A stretch of DNA of 64,000 nucleotides, from contig JAXHMY010000003.1 of assembly GCA_034520965.1 (NCBI GenBank), positions 352,001-416,000 of the forward strand, in the 5' to 3' direction. The position numbers were made by a program, and so were the translations under genes. This document shows positions 33,480 through 43,605 of this stretch, piece after piece; positions within the stretch are counted from its first letter, which is position 1; the number at the start of each line of letters is the position of its first letter. The stretch comes from Spirochaetia bacterium. Lineage in GTDB: Bacteria > Spirochaetota > Spirochaetia > DSM-16054 > Sediminispirochaetaceae. Below the pieces are notes generated by a model that was given only the letters and a program-made list of their open reading frames with translations, was not told the origin of the DNA and did not search any database.

Positions 33480-34511
33480 CTATAATCCGCACAGCCTCCG
33501 CAAGGTTTCCTCGTTCTTCCATGACGGCACTTCACCGGCGATATCAGGATCAGCCGTTTCCAGTGCGTTGCGGAGCATGTCGGTACTTGCGGTAGCGTAA
33601 ATCTCGGTAGTGGTAATACTTGCGTGTCCGAGAAATTCCGCGACATAGGATAGCGGCATGCCGGCGCGATAAAGGTGCATCGCTCGAGTGTGCCTGATAA
33701 GGTGCGGGTTAACTCTATCAGGAACATCCGGACATGTTTTCGCGGCCCTTTCACCACACGTTTTGAGTATTACGCTAACCGCATCGGTAGACAGCGAGCG
33801 CGGATTACCCCGGTGTATGGAATAGAATAGTGGAGCAGAGTTTACAGACACCTCGTTAGGATGGAACCGGTCTATATACTTCCTCAAGTGTGAAACGGTC
33901 TTGTCCATAAGGGGGATGCTTCTTGGTTTGTTTCCTTTTCCCGTCACGATCACGAACGGATCGCCTACTGCCAGGTTAAGATCCCCAACTTTCAGGTCCA
34001 CAAGCTCCTGCACTCTACATCCAGTGTCGTATAGCATAATCAACAACATTCCGTCTCTCGCAGCCTTCGTGGTTTTTCCACTTGCTTGTGCCAATATGGC
34101 TTTCATTGCCGGTTCCGACAAGTATTGAATCGTCGACTTCGGAACCTTCATCATGGGAACGCTTTTGATCTCCAGATACATGGAATATAGACGCAGGTCC
34201 TCGTCGGCACAGTACTTGAGAAACGACTTGATCGCAGAAAGTCTGAGATTGCACGTTGTTGATCGGCAGTTTCGTCGGCGCAACCATTGGAGAAACTCAA
34301 CGACTGTCGTTCTGTCGAAATGGCTGAACGAGATAGCAGAGAATTCGGTTTGGCACGTCTCCTTGAGAAACGTGCAGTACGTTGCGATCGATTGCCTGTA
34401 TGATTCGGATGTTTTCGGGCTGAGGCAACGGATTCTGGGTAGATAGACGGTAAGGTACGAACGAACATACTGCCAAAATTGCCGTTCAGATTTCCTGTTA
34501 TTACTGGTCAT
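33480..34511 (-). CDS. Tyrosine recombinase (third RIT gene)
   Basis: YDTGCRVQE, GKGNKPR, HLIRH, LGH, TTEIY. Confidence 0.95.
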   Translation of the reverse strand: MTSNNRKSERQFWQYVRSYLTVYLPRIRCLSPKTSESYRQSIATYCTFLKETCQTEFSAISFSHFDRTTVVEFLQWLRRRNCRSTTCNLRLSAIKSFLKYCADEDLRLYSMYLEIKSVPMMKVPKSTIQYLSEPAMKAILAQASGKTTKAARDGMLLIMLYDTGCRVQELVDLKVGDLNLAVGDPFVIVTGKGNKPRSIPLMDKTVSHLRKYIDRFHPNEVSVNSAPLFYSIHRGNPRSLSTDAVSVILKTCGERAAKTCPDVPDRVNPHLIRHTRAMHLYRAGMPLSYVAEFLGHASITTTEIYATASTDMLRNALETADPDIAGEVPSWKNEETLRRLCGL

Positions 34512-35463
34512 GGCGAAACTCCGGAATGAGATTTTCTGTACTTCGCAGCTTCTCGCGAAACGTGTGGAAGAACTCGGGTACGAGGTGAAGGTAGTAGTCG
34601 GTGCTCTGCAGACACGCGTGCCCCATGTACGTACTGAGATAGGGAAGCATGCTATTGAGATCGGCGCCGGCGACTACCCATCTATTCAGATTAGTGAGTG
34701 CAAAGTGATGTCTGAAATCATAGGCACGAGCCTTATTCCCGTACCCGCCTCCAGGCACTGCCGTATTCCAGATTTTCCGAAACGCTATACCCAGACTTGA
34801 TTGCGCATAGCAGCGCGATGGTGTCGTGGGGAAAAAGAAGATTCTGTCCTGGTATACGGTCGATATCTGCGTATTGTACGTTTGCAAGAGTTCCAGGAGA
34901 TCGCGACCTATTGGTATTCGACGGCTTCGTTCTTGTTTCGAAGCAACGATATCGATCTGCCCGAGATGTAAATCAACATCCTCGACCCGCAACGTTCGCG
35001 CTTCACACGTGCGCAAACCGCAGCAATACAGCAGTCGGAACAAGACCGGCAGGACCCAATGTCGAATGGGGAACGAACCGTGAGGTTTCAAACTGTCGCA
35101 GGCATGAAAAAATGAGAAAATCTCATCTTTGGTGAAGAAATGCGGTACATAGCGCGCAGTTTTACGGTGCAACCCGGTGGGAAGCACAAACGCTTCGGAA
35201 ATCCCAATCGATTGGAGGTATTTGCCGAACTCTCGTACCGGTGATATCCGTACTTTGTGGGATGCCGGTTTTTCGTTTGTAGCTTGTGCCCACACAAGGA
35301 TCAGCTCTCGGGAAAAACATCCGTCTTCCGCATGCTTGCACGCATATCGATCAAACCGCCACAGCGAATACTCGGCGCTTTCATAGCGGTATCCTGCCGC
35401 TCGTTTCAATGCGACAAAATCCTTAAGATCGGAGGCGAAAACACTGCAATACCGGGGGCTCAT
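34501..35463 (-). CDS. Tyrosine recombinase (second RIT gene)
   Basis: CGLRTCE, YDFRH (His replaced by Tyr), LSTYMGH, TDYY. Confidence 0.95.
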   Translation of the reverse strand: MSPRYCSVFASDLKDFVALKRAAGYRYESAEYSLWRFDRYACKHAEDGCFSRELILVWAQATNEKPASHKVRISPVREFGKYLQSIGISEAFVLPTGLHRKTARYVPHFFTKDEIFSFFHACDSLKPHGSFPIRHWVLPVLFRLLYCCGLRTCEARTLRVEDVDLHLGQIDIVASKQERSRRIPIGRDLLELLQTYNTQISTVYQDRIFFFPTTPSRCYAQSSLGIAFRKIWNTAVPGGGYGNKARAYDFRHHFALTNLNRWVVAGADLNSMLPYLSTYMGHACLQSTDYYLHLVPEFFHTFREKLRSTENLIPEFRHDQ

Positions 35464-36702
35464 TTCAGTTCTCCAAGAGACAGTGGAATCCCGGCAAGAT
35501 TAAGCGCACACTCTCGTAAGCGGTTTTGATCCGTTGATAGATATACTTCGGTAGATGTCTTGTTGGAATGGCCAAGCATTGACGCTATAGTCGTTACCGC
35601 TACCCCTTTCGCCAACAGTCTGCGAGGCGACGGAATGACGGATCAGGTGTATCCCTTTTCTCTCGGAACCGAGTCTGATTCCCGCTTGGTGAAAGGCCTT
35701 GCGCACTATAGCGTAGCACGGTGAATGACCGGATAACGGTCTGAACGGCGCCTGGACACGAAGAAATACATGCCGGCTGTCCACTTGGGGTCTCTCTTCG
35801 AGAATATAACGACTGAGCGCATTCCCGACGTCGACGGTCAATGGAATCCGGAAAGGCTTCCGAGTCTTCACCTGGGGTATAACGATGCTTTCGTGTATCC
35901 ACTCGATATCCGACAATTTCATATTCACGATGTCGATCGCCCTCAAGCCGGTACGGAGTGCCAATGTGATAATGGCGTTATCCCGTAGCGACACCATATC
36001 CGTCTGCAATAGACGCTTGAGAGCTGAATTTTCTTCTTCCGAAAGAATCGGTACGATCGGATTCTTCCTGACACAACGTGATGGAACCGCGCGGACAAGA
36101 CGCGGCTCATCTTCGGCGTATGTAAGAAACGAACGAACGTGTGAGGCGACGGTCCGTATACTTGTAGATTGGTAGGTGGCCAGTAGATGTCGGAAGAATA
36201 GGGGTACAGAAGCAGGAGGTACCGTTGACAGGTTGTGGTACCCGCTATTTTCCAGAAACATGAGGAACTGCCGTATGATGTTTCTTGATGACTGTATCGT
36301 GTTTGAGCTCTTGCCACGTTGCCGCAGATCACCAAGAAATTCGGAATACAGCAGGACGAACTCCTCCGCTTCCGGCCCTCGAGGAACCGCCAAACCACCG
36401 TATTTAGGCCATGCAACTGATCCCGATGCGGCATAATCCCGCAGTATGAAAGCGGCCCGCCTCAGGTGATTTCTTCGTGAACGCCCATATTGTCCCTTTT
36501 GGTAGCATTCCTCGACGTGCTCCATGAAACGTTCATGCATCGTCTCGGTGTAAGAACTCATTTCCTCCATTTCGAAAAAGCACCAAATTCGTGCGAATGC
36601 CCGTTCATACTGATAAATTGATCCGGTACACAGCCCGAGTTCGGGTAGTCGTTCGAGTACTCCCTGAAAAAGGTCACTGGATAGTAAAGAATTCGTTTCC
36701 AT
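35460..36702 (-). CDS. Tyrosine recombinase (first RIT gene; +1 frameshift near 35621)
   Basis: AAGGAGG RBS, TGLRAID, HLIRH; shifted frame supplies MLGH...TEVY and a stop overlapping the next ATG. Confidence 0.9.
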
Positions 36703-36866
36703 CTGATTGTCCTCCTTGAATGTATGTGGACGGTATGTCCAGCTAACATTATAGAAGGGTCTCAATCAGGGAAAAACATTATGCCGAAGTTTTTGCGGCT
36801 ATTTCGTTTCAAAGAAAGTAGAAGCACATCGCTTTCGGCATTACGCTTTCTTCGGCATAATCAAGG

Positions 36867-36886
36867 TTATCCCGAATTCGGGATAA
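36867..36886. repeat. 20-bp perfect palindrome at RIT end
   Basis: TTATCCCGAA-TTCGGGATAA, flanked by TCAAGG and CCTCGA. Confidence 0.9.
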
Positions 36887-36892
36887 CCTCGA

Positions 36893-37574
36893 CAACGGCA
36901 ATGTCTATATTGCGAAACAATTTGCACGTATCCTGGCCGATCTGAAAATCAAAAAGATTCATCATGGTCCCTATCAAGCGTGGGCAAAAGGCAAAGTTGA
37001 GTCGGTTATGAAAACCCTCAAGCAAGAGTTTCAGGCCGAGGCACAACAGGCAGGGTTTGTCACCCTTGAAGAGCTCAATACCGCCTTGTGGGCATGGATC
37101 GATGTCGAATACAACCGGCGTAGTCACAGCACCACCGGCGAACCACCTGAGCAACGCTTTGTGAACGGACTACCCGAAACCCATCGCCGGGTGGAAGACC
37201 TGCAATGGTTTGAGAACCTGTTTCTGCAGCAGGACACCCGCAAAGTAACCAAATACGGAGACGTCAAGCTTGAGGGGAATCTGTATAAAACCACTGCCAG
37301 GCATGGGACAGTGGTCGAGGTGCGCTACAATCCGTTTGATCTGAAAAAGGTCTGGCGGTTCGAAAAAGGATTGGCTGTTGAAACCTTGGGGGTCAAAAAG
37401 CTTGTCCATGACCAGGCCAAAACCATCGCCGAAGAAAGCCCGGATGCGCCGCAGAAGACAAGCCGTGACTCGGCTCGCTATTTCGAAAAGCTACGCGAGA
37501 GTCAGGCTGCGCTCACTGCCGGGCAACAGAAGGTAAGCTTTAGCAAACTCAAGGGGCAGGAGGCAACACAATGA
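36893..37574 (+). pseudogene. DDE transposase, 3' part
   Basis: NGNVYIA...PYQAWAKGKVE...YNRRSHS...VRYNPFDL; in frame with 32681-33387 after RIT removal. Confidence 0.92.
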
Positions 37575-38356
37575 TCGACACCATTCTGAATCACTACGGG
37601 TTTTCCCGGCTGCCCTTCGGCAAGAATATTTCTGCTGATGAAATCTATCCCACCGAGAGCATGAACGAGGCCGGTGCCATGATTGAGCTGGGACTGGAAA
37701 GCGAGGATATTATCCTCATTACCGGTCCAATCGGCTGCGGAAAATCGCTGGCGGTGCGGCGGGTGGCCGGACAGCTGGATACCAACCGATACCAGCTTAT
37801 CTATCTGCGCGGCAGTATTGCCTCAGCAGCCGAGCTGTACAAAATGGTGCTGTTGGGAATGAAAATTGATCCTCCACACTCAATCGGGAAGGCCAAGCCG
37901 GCATTCTTTGCGGCAGCCAGCGAAGCAGCCCGCAAGTCGGTAGTGATCCTGGATGATGCCCAGGATGCCTCCCCCGATGCCCTGTTAGCACTCAAGGCAA
38001 TGACCAACTTCGAATCGGATTCGCGCACCCGAATCACCTTCATTCTGGCGGGGCAACCGGAGCTTCTTACCACTCTTGGCTATGCTCACTTCGATTCGCT
38101 GCGGGCCCGTATCCGGTTGTCGAACCACATGTCGGGTATGAGCCTTAGTGAGACCTGCGAGTACATCGACCATGGCCTACAGGTTGTGAAGCGGCAGGAA
38201 AAGCTTTTTTCAGACAACGCTAAAATGGAGATATTCAAACGCACCAATGGTATCGCCCGCCATATAAATTCGCTGTGCTATAAGGCCATTGTGCAGGGAG
38301 CCATCGACAAGAGGAGCATCATCGACACTGCCGACCTGCCGCAGGATGTGATATAA
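37571..38356 (+). CDS. ExeA/TnsC-like AAA ATPase
   Basis: HYGFSRLPF, GPIGCGKS Walker A, ILDDAQ Walker B, ILAGQPEL, GIARHIN. Confidence 0.9.
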   Translation: MIDTILNHYGFSRLPFGKNISADEIYPTESMNEAGAMIELGLESEDIILITGPIGCGKSLAVRRVAGQLDTNRYQLIYLRGSIASAAELYKMVLLGMKIDPPHSIGKAKPAFFAAASEAARKSVVILDDAQDASPDALLALKAMTNFESDSRTRITFILAGQPELLTTLGYAHFDSLRARIRLSNHMSGMSLSETCEYIDHGLQVVKRQEKLFSDNAKMEIFKRTNGIARHINSLCYKAIVQGAIDKRSIIDTADLPQDVI

Positions 38357-38381
38357 TTGTCACAGAGTTCCGGCAGTTGCC

Positions 38382-38420
38382 AGGAAGTTCCGCGGGTATA
38401 CCGCTGGAACTTCCTTTTTT
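38382..38420 (+). terminator. Rho-independent terminator inside transposon right end
   Basis: AGGAAGTTCCGCGG...CCGCTGGAACTTCCT-TTTTT. Confidence 0.75.
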
Positions 38421-38475
38421 CAGGCGGCGGAAATCAGCCGTGGCAAGGCGGGGAAGGAACTGCTGGCGGGGAACA

Positions 38476-38740
38476 CCATCAGCGCATCGATTTGCGGGGC
38501 AGATAAATGGGATGATATAGAGCGCTCGAGCGAGAAGTTGTACTATATTTCAAGCTGTAAAGCCGACGCGCCACTGCTGGCTTCTGCTATAAGCGGGCAC
38601 TGTGGAATAGAAATTTCTCTGCATTGGTTTCTTGATATAGCTTCCTGCACACGGAGTATCGCAGGTAAACAGCTGTTGGCCGGCTGGGACACCGGGTATC
38701 TTGAAAAAGTTTTGTTTAAGGTCTAACTGCGTTTGCCCTG
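38476..38740 (+). mobile_element. Internally deleted ISAs1-family remnant
   Basis: ISASICGADKWDDIE, YYISS...HCGIEISLHWFLD and AGWD.GYLEKVL pieces; ends in GCCCTG. Confidence 0.7.
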
Positions 38741-38839
38741 GACCAGGTTGGTCTTGATTTTGACTTCGTTTCTATACCTGATGCGTACAGGTTCATTCTG
38801 ACCGACAAAATGCTGATGTTCGCCCCGAAGTAACAAAGA

Positions 38840-38958
38840 AAGAAGAATATGGCTTTGGGCTTACCCTGGTCGAAGGCTATACAAAACAGTTTGACGGAAC
38901 CATGAGTATAAGCACCGAGGGAGGAACAAGGGTAAGTGTGGTTCTTGAGCTTGAATAG
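38840..38958 (+). pseudogene. Histidine kinase HATPase C-terminal remnant
   Basis: GLTLVEGYTKQFDGTMSISTEGGTRVSV. Confidence 0.55.
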
Positions 38959-39075
38959 TTTATATGAAGAGGAGATAAAATAACATCATTTTTTCTAATT
39001 ATGGCATTGAATACCTGGATCATTTTTCCTACCATTGGTCGGAGCAAAACAGCATCGGTTTTAGGAGTAAACAGA

Positions 39076-40563
39076 TTGGAGAGATTACTTAGCAAATTTA
39101 AGCATATAATAATAATTTTACTGGCCATTATAATGATCTATATTTTCTCAACACAATATACAAATATTATAGAAGTAGTAGAAGAGAAGTATAATAGTCA
39201 GCAGCAATTGGTCGAGAAAAATATTCTACAGACGGTAAATTATATAAATAATGCGTATAAAATTGCCGAACAGCAACTAAATCAGGAAATGAAAGAATAC
39301 TCAGAGCAGATGGTAGAAAAATACAAAGAGAACCCTAATGTTTTGGAATGGGATTTAGCTGAGCTGCAGGAGCATTTTTCCGGTTATGATATTTATATTG
39401 TCAATGAAGATTTAGAAATTATTGAAACAACCTATAAAAAAGACCTTGGCCTTGATTTTTCTAAATTTGGTAGTTTTGCTTCCATATTAAGAGATAGAAT
39501 GGCTGGAAATGAATTTGAAGTTGATAGAATAGATCTTTCCACTCAGGCAGGAGAGATTAAAAAGTACAGCTATATGCCTAGCCCGGATAATCAATATTTA
39601 TTTGAACTCAGTGTCAGTATTGACGAGAAATATCCTTCTTTTCAGAGTTTGAATCTATTTAAAAATGCTACTTCTTTGACTCAAGAATATAAGATGGTTG
39701 AGGACATAGGCTTTTATAGTGTGGAGCCGCTTAATTATGGAGTTGCCAAACTTAGAAGCAGCAAGCGGCCATATTTGAACCCGGATGTTCCTGATTTTGA
39801 AGAGGAACTTGCCAGACAGGCAGTTATTAATAATACCATGCAGAGCAGCACAAAAACTACAGAGGGAATACAGCAAAGCTATCGATTTTTTCCAGCATTA
39901 ATTAGTGAAGAAAAAAATGGGCAAGGCTGGAATTCTTATGTAGTTGGCATTATCTATAATAATCAGGTGATGCAGAAAGAGATACTAAAGCACAGGAATT
40001 TATTTTTAGTAAATGTTATTTTAATGGCTGTGCTATTTGTCAGCTTCATTACTGTTGTAGTATATTTGCTCAAGTATTTTGAACATCAGGCCCATCACGA
40101 CAAATTAACCGGACTGACAAATAGAAAATATTTTGTAGAAGAATTTAACAAGCTAAAAAATAAAGCTAGTTATAATAAAGGTAATATTGGAGTTGTTTTT
40201 ATTGACATCGATAAGTTCAAAGAAATTAACGATAGTTATGGACATGATACTGGTGATGAGGTATTAAAAAAAATTGCTTCCAGAATGGAAAATAGTCTGA
40301 AGGGGAAAGACTTAAAATCCAGAATGGGAGGAGATGAATTTGTAGTTGCTCTGACTGATTTATCCTCAAAAGAAAAAATAATAGAAGTAACAAATAGATT
40401 GATTATTGAACTTAAAAAACCACTATTCATTGATGGGAAGGAAATTCCTATCAGTGTCAGTGCAGGAGTGAGTTTTTATCCGGATGACAGCTACGAACTT
40501 GAAACTTTGATTAAAAATGCTGATTCAGAAATGTATAAGTCAAAGCGAAAAAAAAGGATATAG
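39076..40563 (+). CDS. Membrane-bound diguanylate cyclase (GGDEF)
   Basis: Two TM segments, HDKLTGLTNR, DIDKFKEINDSYGHDTGD, RMGGDEF; AGGAG RBS before TTG 39076. Confidence 0.92.
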   Translation: MERLLSKFKHIIIILLAIIMIYIFSTQYTNIIEVVEEKYNSQQQLVEKNILQTVNYINNAYKIAEQQLNQEMKEYSEQMVEKYKENPNVLEWDLAELQEHFSGYDIYIVNEDLEIIETTYKKDLGLDFSKFGSFASILRDRMAGNEFEVDRIDLSTQAGEIKKYSYMPSPDNQYLFELSVSIDEKYPSFQSLNLFKNATSLTQEYKMVEDIGFYSVEPLNYGVAKLRSSKRPYLNPDVPDFEEELARQAVINNTMQSSTKTTEGIQQSYRFFPALISEEKNGQGWNSYVVGIIYNNQVMQKEILKHRNLFLVNVILMAVLFVSFITVVVYLLKYFEHQAHHDKLTGLTNRKYFVEEFNKLKNKASYNKGNIGVVFIDIDKFKEINDSYGHDTGDEVLKKIASRMENSLKGKDLKSRMGGDEFVVALTDLSSKEKIIEVTNRLIIELKKPLFIDGKEIPISVSAGVSFYPDDSYELETLIKNADSEMYKSKRKKRI

Positions 40564-40667
40564 AAAAATAGCAACACAAGTAAAAGTATATAAAGCCAGC
40601 GATTCTGATATAAAGCGGAGAACCTCTGCAACAGAAGCCCTCCGCATTTTTCGAATATAACGGTAAA

Positions 40668-41180
40668 TTAACTCACACCGGACTGGATAGACTCGATCTC
40701 TCTTTCTCCTACGAGTTTTTCCATATCAAGTAAAATAATTACCTGATCCTCCAGTTTTCCCAATCCGGCAATATATTTATTCTTACCCCCACTTTCCTGG
40801 AACGTTGGTGGTGGATCAATGTTCTTTTCGGGAATATCCACTACTTCGGTGGCCGTATCTACAATAAAACCGATTGAGTAGCTTTTGATGTTGACCACGG
40901 TTATCACCGTCCGATCGTCGTACTCCTTCGACTCCAGTCCAAACCGAAGCCGCATATCAATTACCGGTATCACATTCCCCCTCAGGTTTATCACTCCCTT
41001 TACATACTCGGGCATATCCGGCACTTCTGTGATTTTCTGCAGTTCTATAATATCGGTTACATGTTGTATATCAATCCCGTAAGTCTCGCCTCCAATTTTA
41101 CACATGAGAAACTTGTTCTCTTGAATCTCATCATCGGTCTCATCAAAAAAATCACTGTCCTGCATTTCATTTTTGCTCAT
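40668..41180 (-). CDS. cheW: CheW (copy 2)
   Basis: Near-identical to 21985-22497. Confidence 0.95.
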   Translation of the reverse strand: MSKNEMQDSDFFDETDDEIQENKFLMCKIGGETYGIDIQHVTDIIELQKITEVPDMPEYVKGVINLRGNVIPVIDMRLRFGLESKEYDDRTVITVVNIKSYSIGFIVDTATEVVDIPEKNIDPPPTFQESGGKNKYIAGLGKLEDQVIILLDMEKLVGEREIESIQSGVS

Positions 41181-41218
41181 ATCTGCCTCCGGCGCCTTCC
41201 TTTAAGTTTAGAACTTTT

Positions 41219-43495
41219 TTAGAATCGGTCGAAATCATCATCCTCGAGGGAAATCTGATCTTCAGGTTTCACCGGGGTTATACCTGTCTCGTTGTTCGCC
41301 CTTTGACTGCTCCCGTCCCATCCGGAAGCCGCTTTATTCGTCCGAGCATTTTTACTCTGCTGAGTCTGTCTCCGAGGCTGTTGCTGCTGCTGACCAAGGT
41401 TATTCAGGTGGCTGCCCTGGGTAAGGAGCTTGGCTCCCGCGCCGCTGTAGCGCTCATTGAGTTTGAACTGTGCGACCATGCTGCGCAGCTGCTGAGCCTG
41501 TCCTGCAAGCTCTTCTGAGGCTGATGCACTCTCCTCGGCACTGGCGGTACTCGCCTGGGTTGCCTGATCTATCTGATCGAGCCCCTCGGTAATCTGTTCT
41601 ATCGCCTGGGCCTGCTCACGGCTGGCCTGGGCTATCTCCTCTAGGAAGTTGGCCACCTTTCCCGAACCTTCAACAATGGATGTGAGCTGTTTGCCCGTTG
41701 CTTCGGCGGCCTCGGTACCTTGTTTTATGTTGGTCACCGTCTCGGTTACCATCTGGGTAGTCTCTTTTACCGAGTCGGTACTCTTTACCGCCAGGTTGCG
41801 CACCTCGTCCGCCACCACTGCAAAGCCCTTGCCGTATTTACCCGCCCGGGCCGCCTCTACGTTTGCATTGAGCGCCAGAAGATTGATCTGGAAGGCAATG
41901 TCGTCGATTACTTTGACAACCTTGTTGATTTCATCGGAAGAAGCATTTATCTTCTCCATTATCTCGGAGAGCTGCTGCATCTGCCTGTTTCCCGCCTCCG
42001 CGTCCTCGGTGGCTTTTTTGGCTATTCCGTGGGCCTCGGTGGCGTTTTCGGCGTTCTGCTTGCTCTGGCTGTTGATCTCATTTGTCGAAGATGTAATTTC
42101 CTCGAGACTGCTCGCCTGTTCGGTGGCTCCCTGACTGAGGTTCTGGCTGGCCTGGCTTACCTGATCGGCTCCGCTGTTTACCTGCTCAACCGAGCTGTTC
42201 ACCTGGCCGAGGAGCTCGTTAAGAGATTCCACCATTGCGCGCAGGGAGTAGCCGAGTTTATCCTTGTCCGAGGCGGGTTCCACCTCTACGGTAAGATCCT
42301 TCTGAGCTATCTGTGTTACCACCCGCTCCTTGTACTGCAGGCTTTTGAGCATAAAGCGCAACGCATCGGCAAGCTTGCCCACCTCGTCTTTCTGCTCTAC
42401 ATCCAAATCGATATCAAGATTGCCCGAAGAGACATCCTCGGCAAAGCGCACACCCTTCGCCAGTGGTGCGGTAATACCCCGGGTCAAAATGATTCCCAGA
42501 ATAAGGGCCAGGACGACTCCTAAGATCATCCCGATTAATGCTATTAACTCCACCTGCGTCCCATCGGCAGCGGCGGTTGCTACGCTCTCTTCGGCTATAT
42601 TCTCATTTATATGAATAATCTCATCGAGGATAGCCATAGCCTCGTAGGCCTGATCGGTTATGGGGCCAACCACGAGCTCGGTCATCGCATTACGCTGTGC
42701 ATTCGCTCTATCTGCAAGCCCGAGAAGCTCGTCAAAACCTTCGAACACCTCTTCAGAGGCAGCTATCATCTCATTTTCGAAGATATCTATGGCGGCCTCT
42801 ACATTCCCCGCCCGGTACTCATTGCGAATATCATCTACCGCAAAGTGAAAGCGGTCGTGGGGCTCCTGTATCTCTTCAAGAAGTCCGTCCAGTTCCGAAT
42901 TGCGGGTCGAAAAGTCACGGAGCCATCGACCAAAGTTACAGGCGGTGGGGTCTCCCCCGCCTTCGAACTCTTTTCCGCTGAGCAGGAACTGGGCTACATT
43001 CAGCTCCAGGGCATAGTGGTCCTTCTGAAACTGTTCGATCAAAGCGACCAGGCTGGCGGGATCCAAAATATCAAGAGCTTCAAACTCTTGGTTGAGCTGC
43101 AGCCACCTGTCGTTCTCCTTGGCCCAGTCGCCGATCTCCTCTTCAAACTGACTGCTCAGCCGTTCCTCTTCGGCGGTGGCTGGGAGGGTGAGGAAGTACT
43201 GCCATACTTCGTAGTACTCGGCCCGTGCCTCGTTAAAATCTTCCAAATAGACAGCCCGGGCGTCGGCATCGAGCTGTTCGGACATAAGCGTCCGCTGGGC
43301 AAGCAGCAACTCCTCCAGGGCAAGCTCAGCTTCCAGCAGACTCTCTATACTGGGAAGCCGAACTTCACCTATCTCGTTAATGTGCCCCTGCAGTTGACGG
43401 GAACCGTTCCAGCCAAAAAACCCGACTATCAGCACAATAAGTGCGACAATGGAAAATCCACCGATCAGCTTTACTCCAATTTTAATGTTCTTCAT
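41219..43495 (-). CDS. MCP with 4HB+CZB periplasmic domain (copy 2, intact)
   Basis: TM1, LPSIESL bundle, DHY...ACNFGRW...HDRFH, TM2, HAMP x2, signalling hairpin, C-terminal DFDRF. Confidence 0.95.
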   Translation of the reverse strand: MKNIKIGVKLIGGFSIVALIVLIVGFFGWNGSRQLQGHINEIGEVRLPSIESLLEAELALEELLLAQRTLMSEQLDADARAVYLEDFNEARAEYYEVWQYFLTLPATAEEERLSSQFEEEIGDWAKENDRWLQLNQEFEALDILDPASLVALIEQFQKDHYALELNVAQFLLSGKEFEGGGDPTACNFGRWLRDFSTRNSELDGLLEEIQEPHDRFHFAVDDIRNEYRAGNVEAAIDIFENEMIAASEEVFEGFDELLGLADRANAQRNAMTELVVGPITDQAYEAMAILDEIIHINENIAEESVATAAADGTQVELIALIGMILGVVLALILGIILTRGITAPLAKGVRFAEDVSSGNLDIDLDVEQKDEVGKLADALRFMLKSLQYKERVVTQIAQKDLTVEVEPASDKDKLGYSLRAMVESLNELLGQVNSSVEQVNSGADQVSQASQNLSQGATEQASSLEEITSSTNEINSQSKQNAENATEAHGIAKKATEDAEAGNRQMQQLSEIMEKINASSDEINKVVKVIDDIAFQINLLALNANVEAARAGKYGKGFAVVADEVRNLAVKSTDSVKETTQMVTETVTNIKQGTEAAEATGKQLTSIVEGSGKVANFLEEIAQASREQAQAIEQITEGLDQIDQATQASTASAEESASASEELAGQAQQLRSMVAQFKLNERYSGAGAKLLTQGSHLNNLGQQQQQPRRQTQQSKNARTNKAASGWDGSSQRANNETGITPVKPEDQISLEDDDFDRF

Positions 43496-43576
43496 TCCTT
43501 TTTCCTCTCGATAGCTTCGTTTCAACTATTGTTAAGCGTTATTATCTCCACAACGACTTTTTATATTCTTCTTATA

Positions 43577-43605
43577 ATTGTAAAAGTATCCGTCCTTAAT
43601 AGCAA
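43577..43605 (-). promoter_or_regulatory. sigma70 promoter of MCP copy 2, abutting G11 and A11 tracts
   Basis: Minus strand TTGCTA-N17-TACAAT; plus-strand C11 at 43611-43621 and T11 at 43623-43633. Confidence 0.55.

Larger units (their letters stand above)
33388..36892 (-). mobile_element. RIT (recombinase-in-trio) element
   Basis: Three overlapping tyrosine recombinases; 88-bp inverted repeats 33388-33475 and 36773-36860 (one mismatch); duplicated core CCTCGA at 33382-33387 and 36887-36892. Confidence 0.92.
31864..38475 (+). mobile_element. Three-gene DDE transposon (Zn-finger ORF, DDE transposase, AAA ATPase) carrying a nested RIT element
   Basis: Perfect 24-bp terminal inverted repeats TGTTCCCCGCCAGCAGTTCCTTCC (31864-31887, 38452-38475); no target duplication visible. 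Confidence 0.9.

Noticed and set aside
33480..36702. Prophage or integron integrase cluster
   Set aside because: No phage genes or attC cassettes; trio arrangement and inverted repeats fit a RIT element
37571..38356. Type II secretion ExeA
   Set aside because: No secretion genes; lies inside transposon TIRs overlapping the transposase stop
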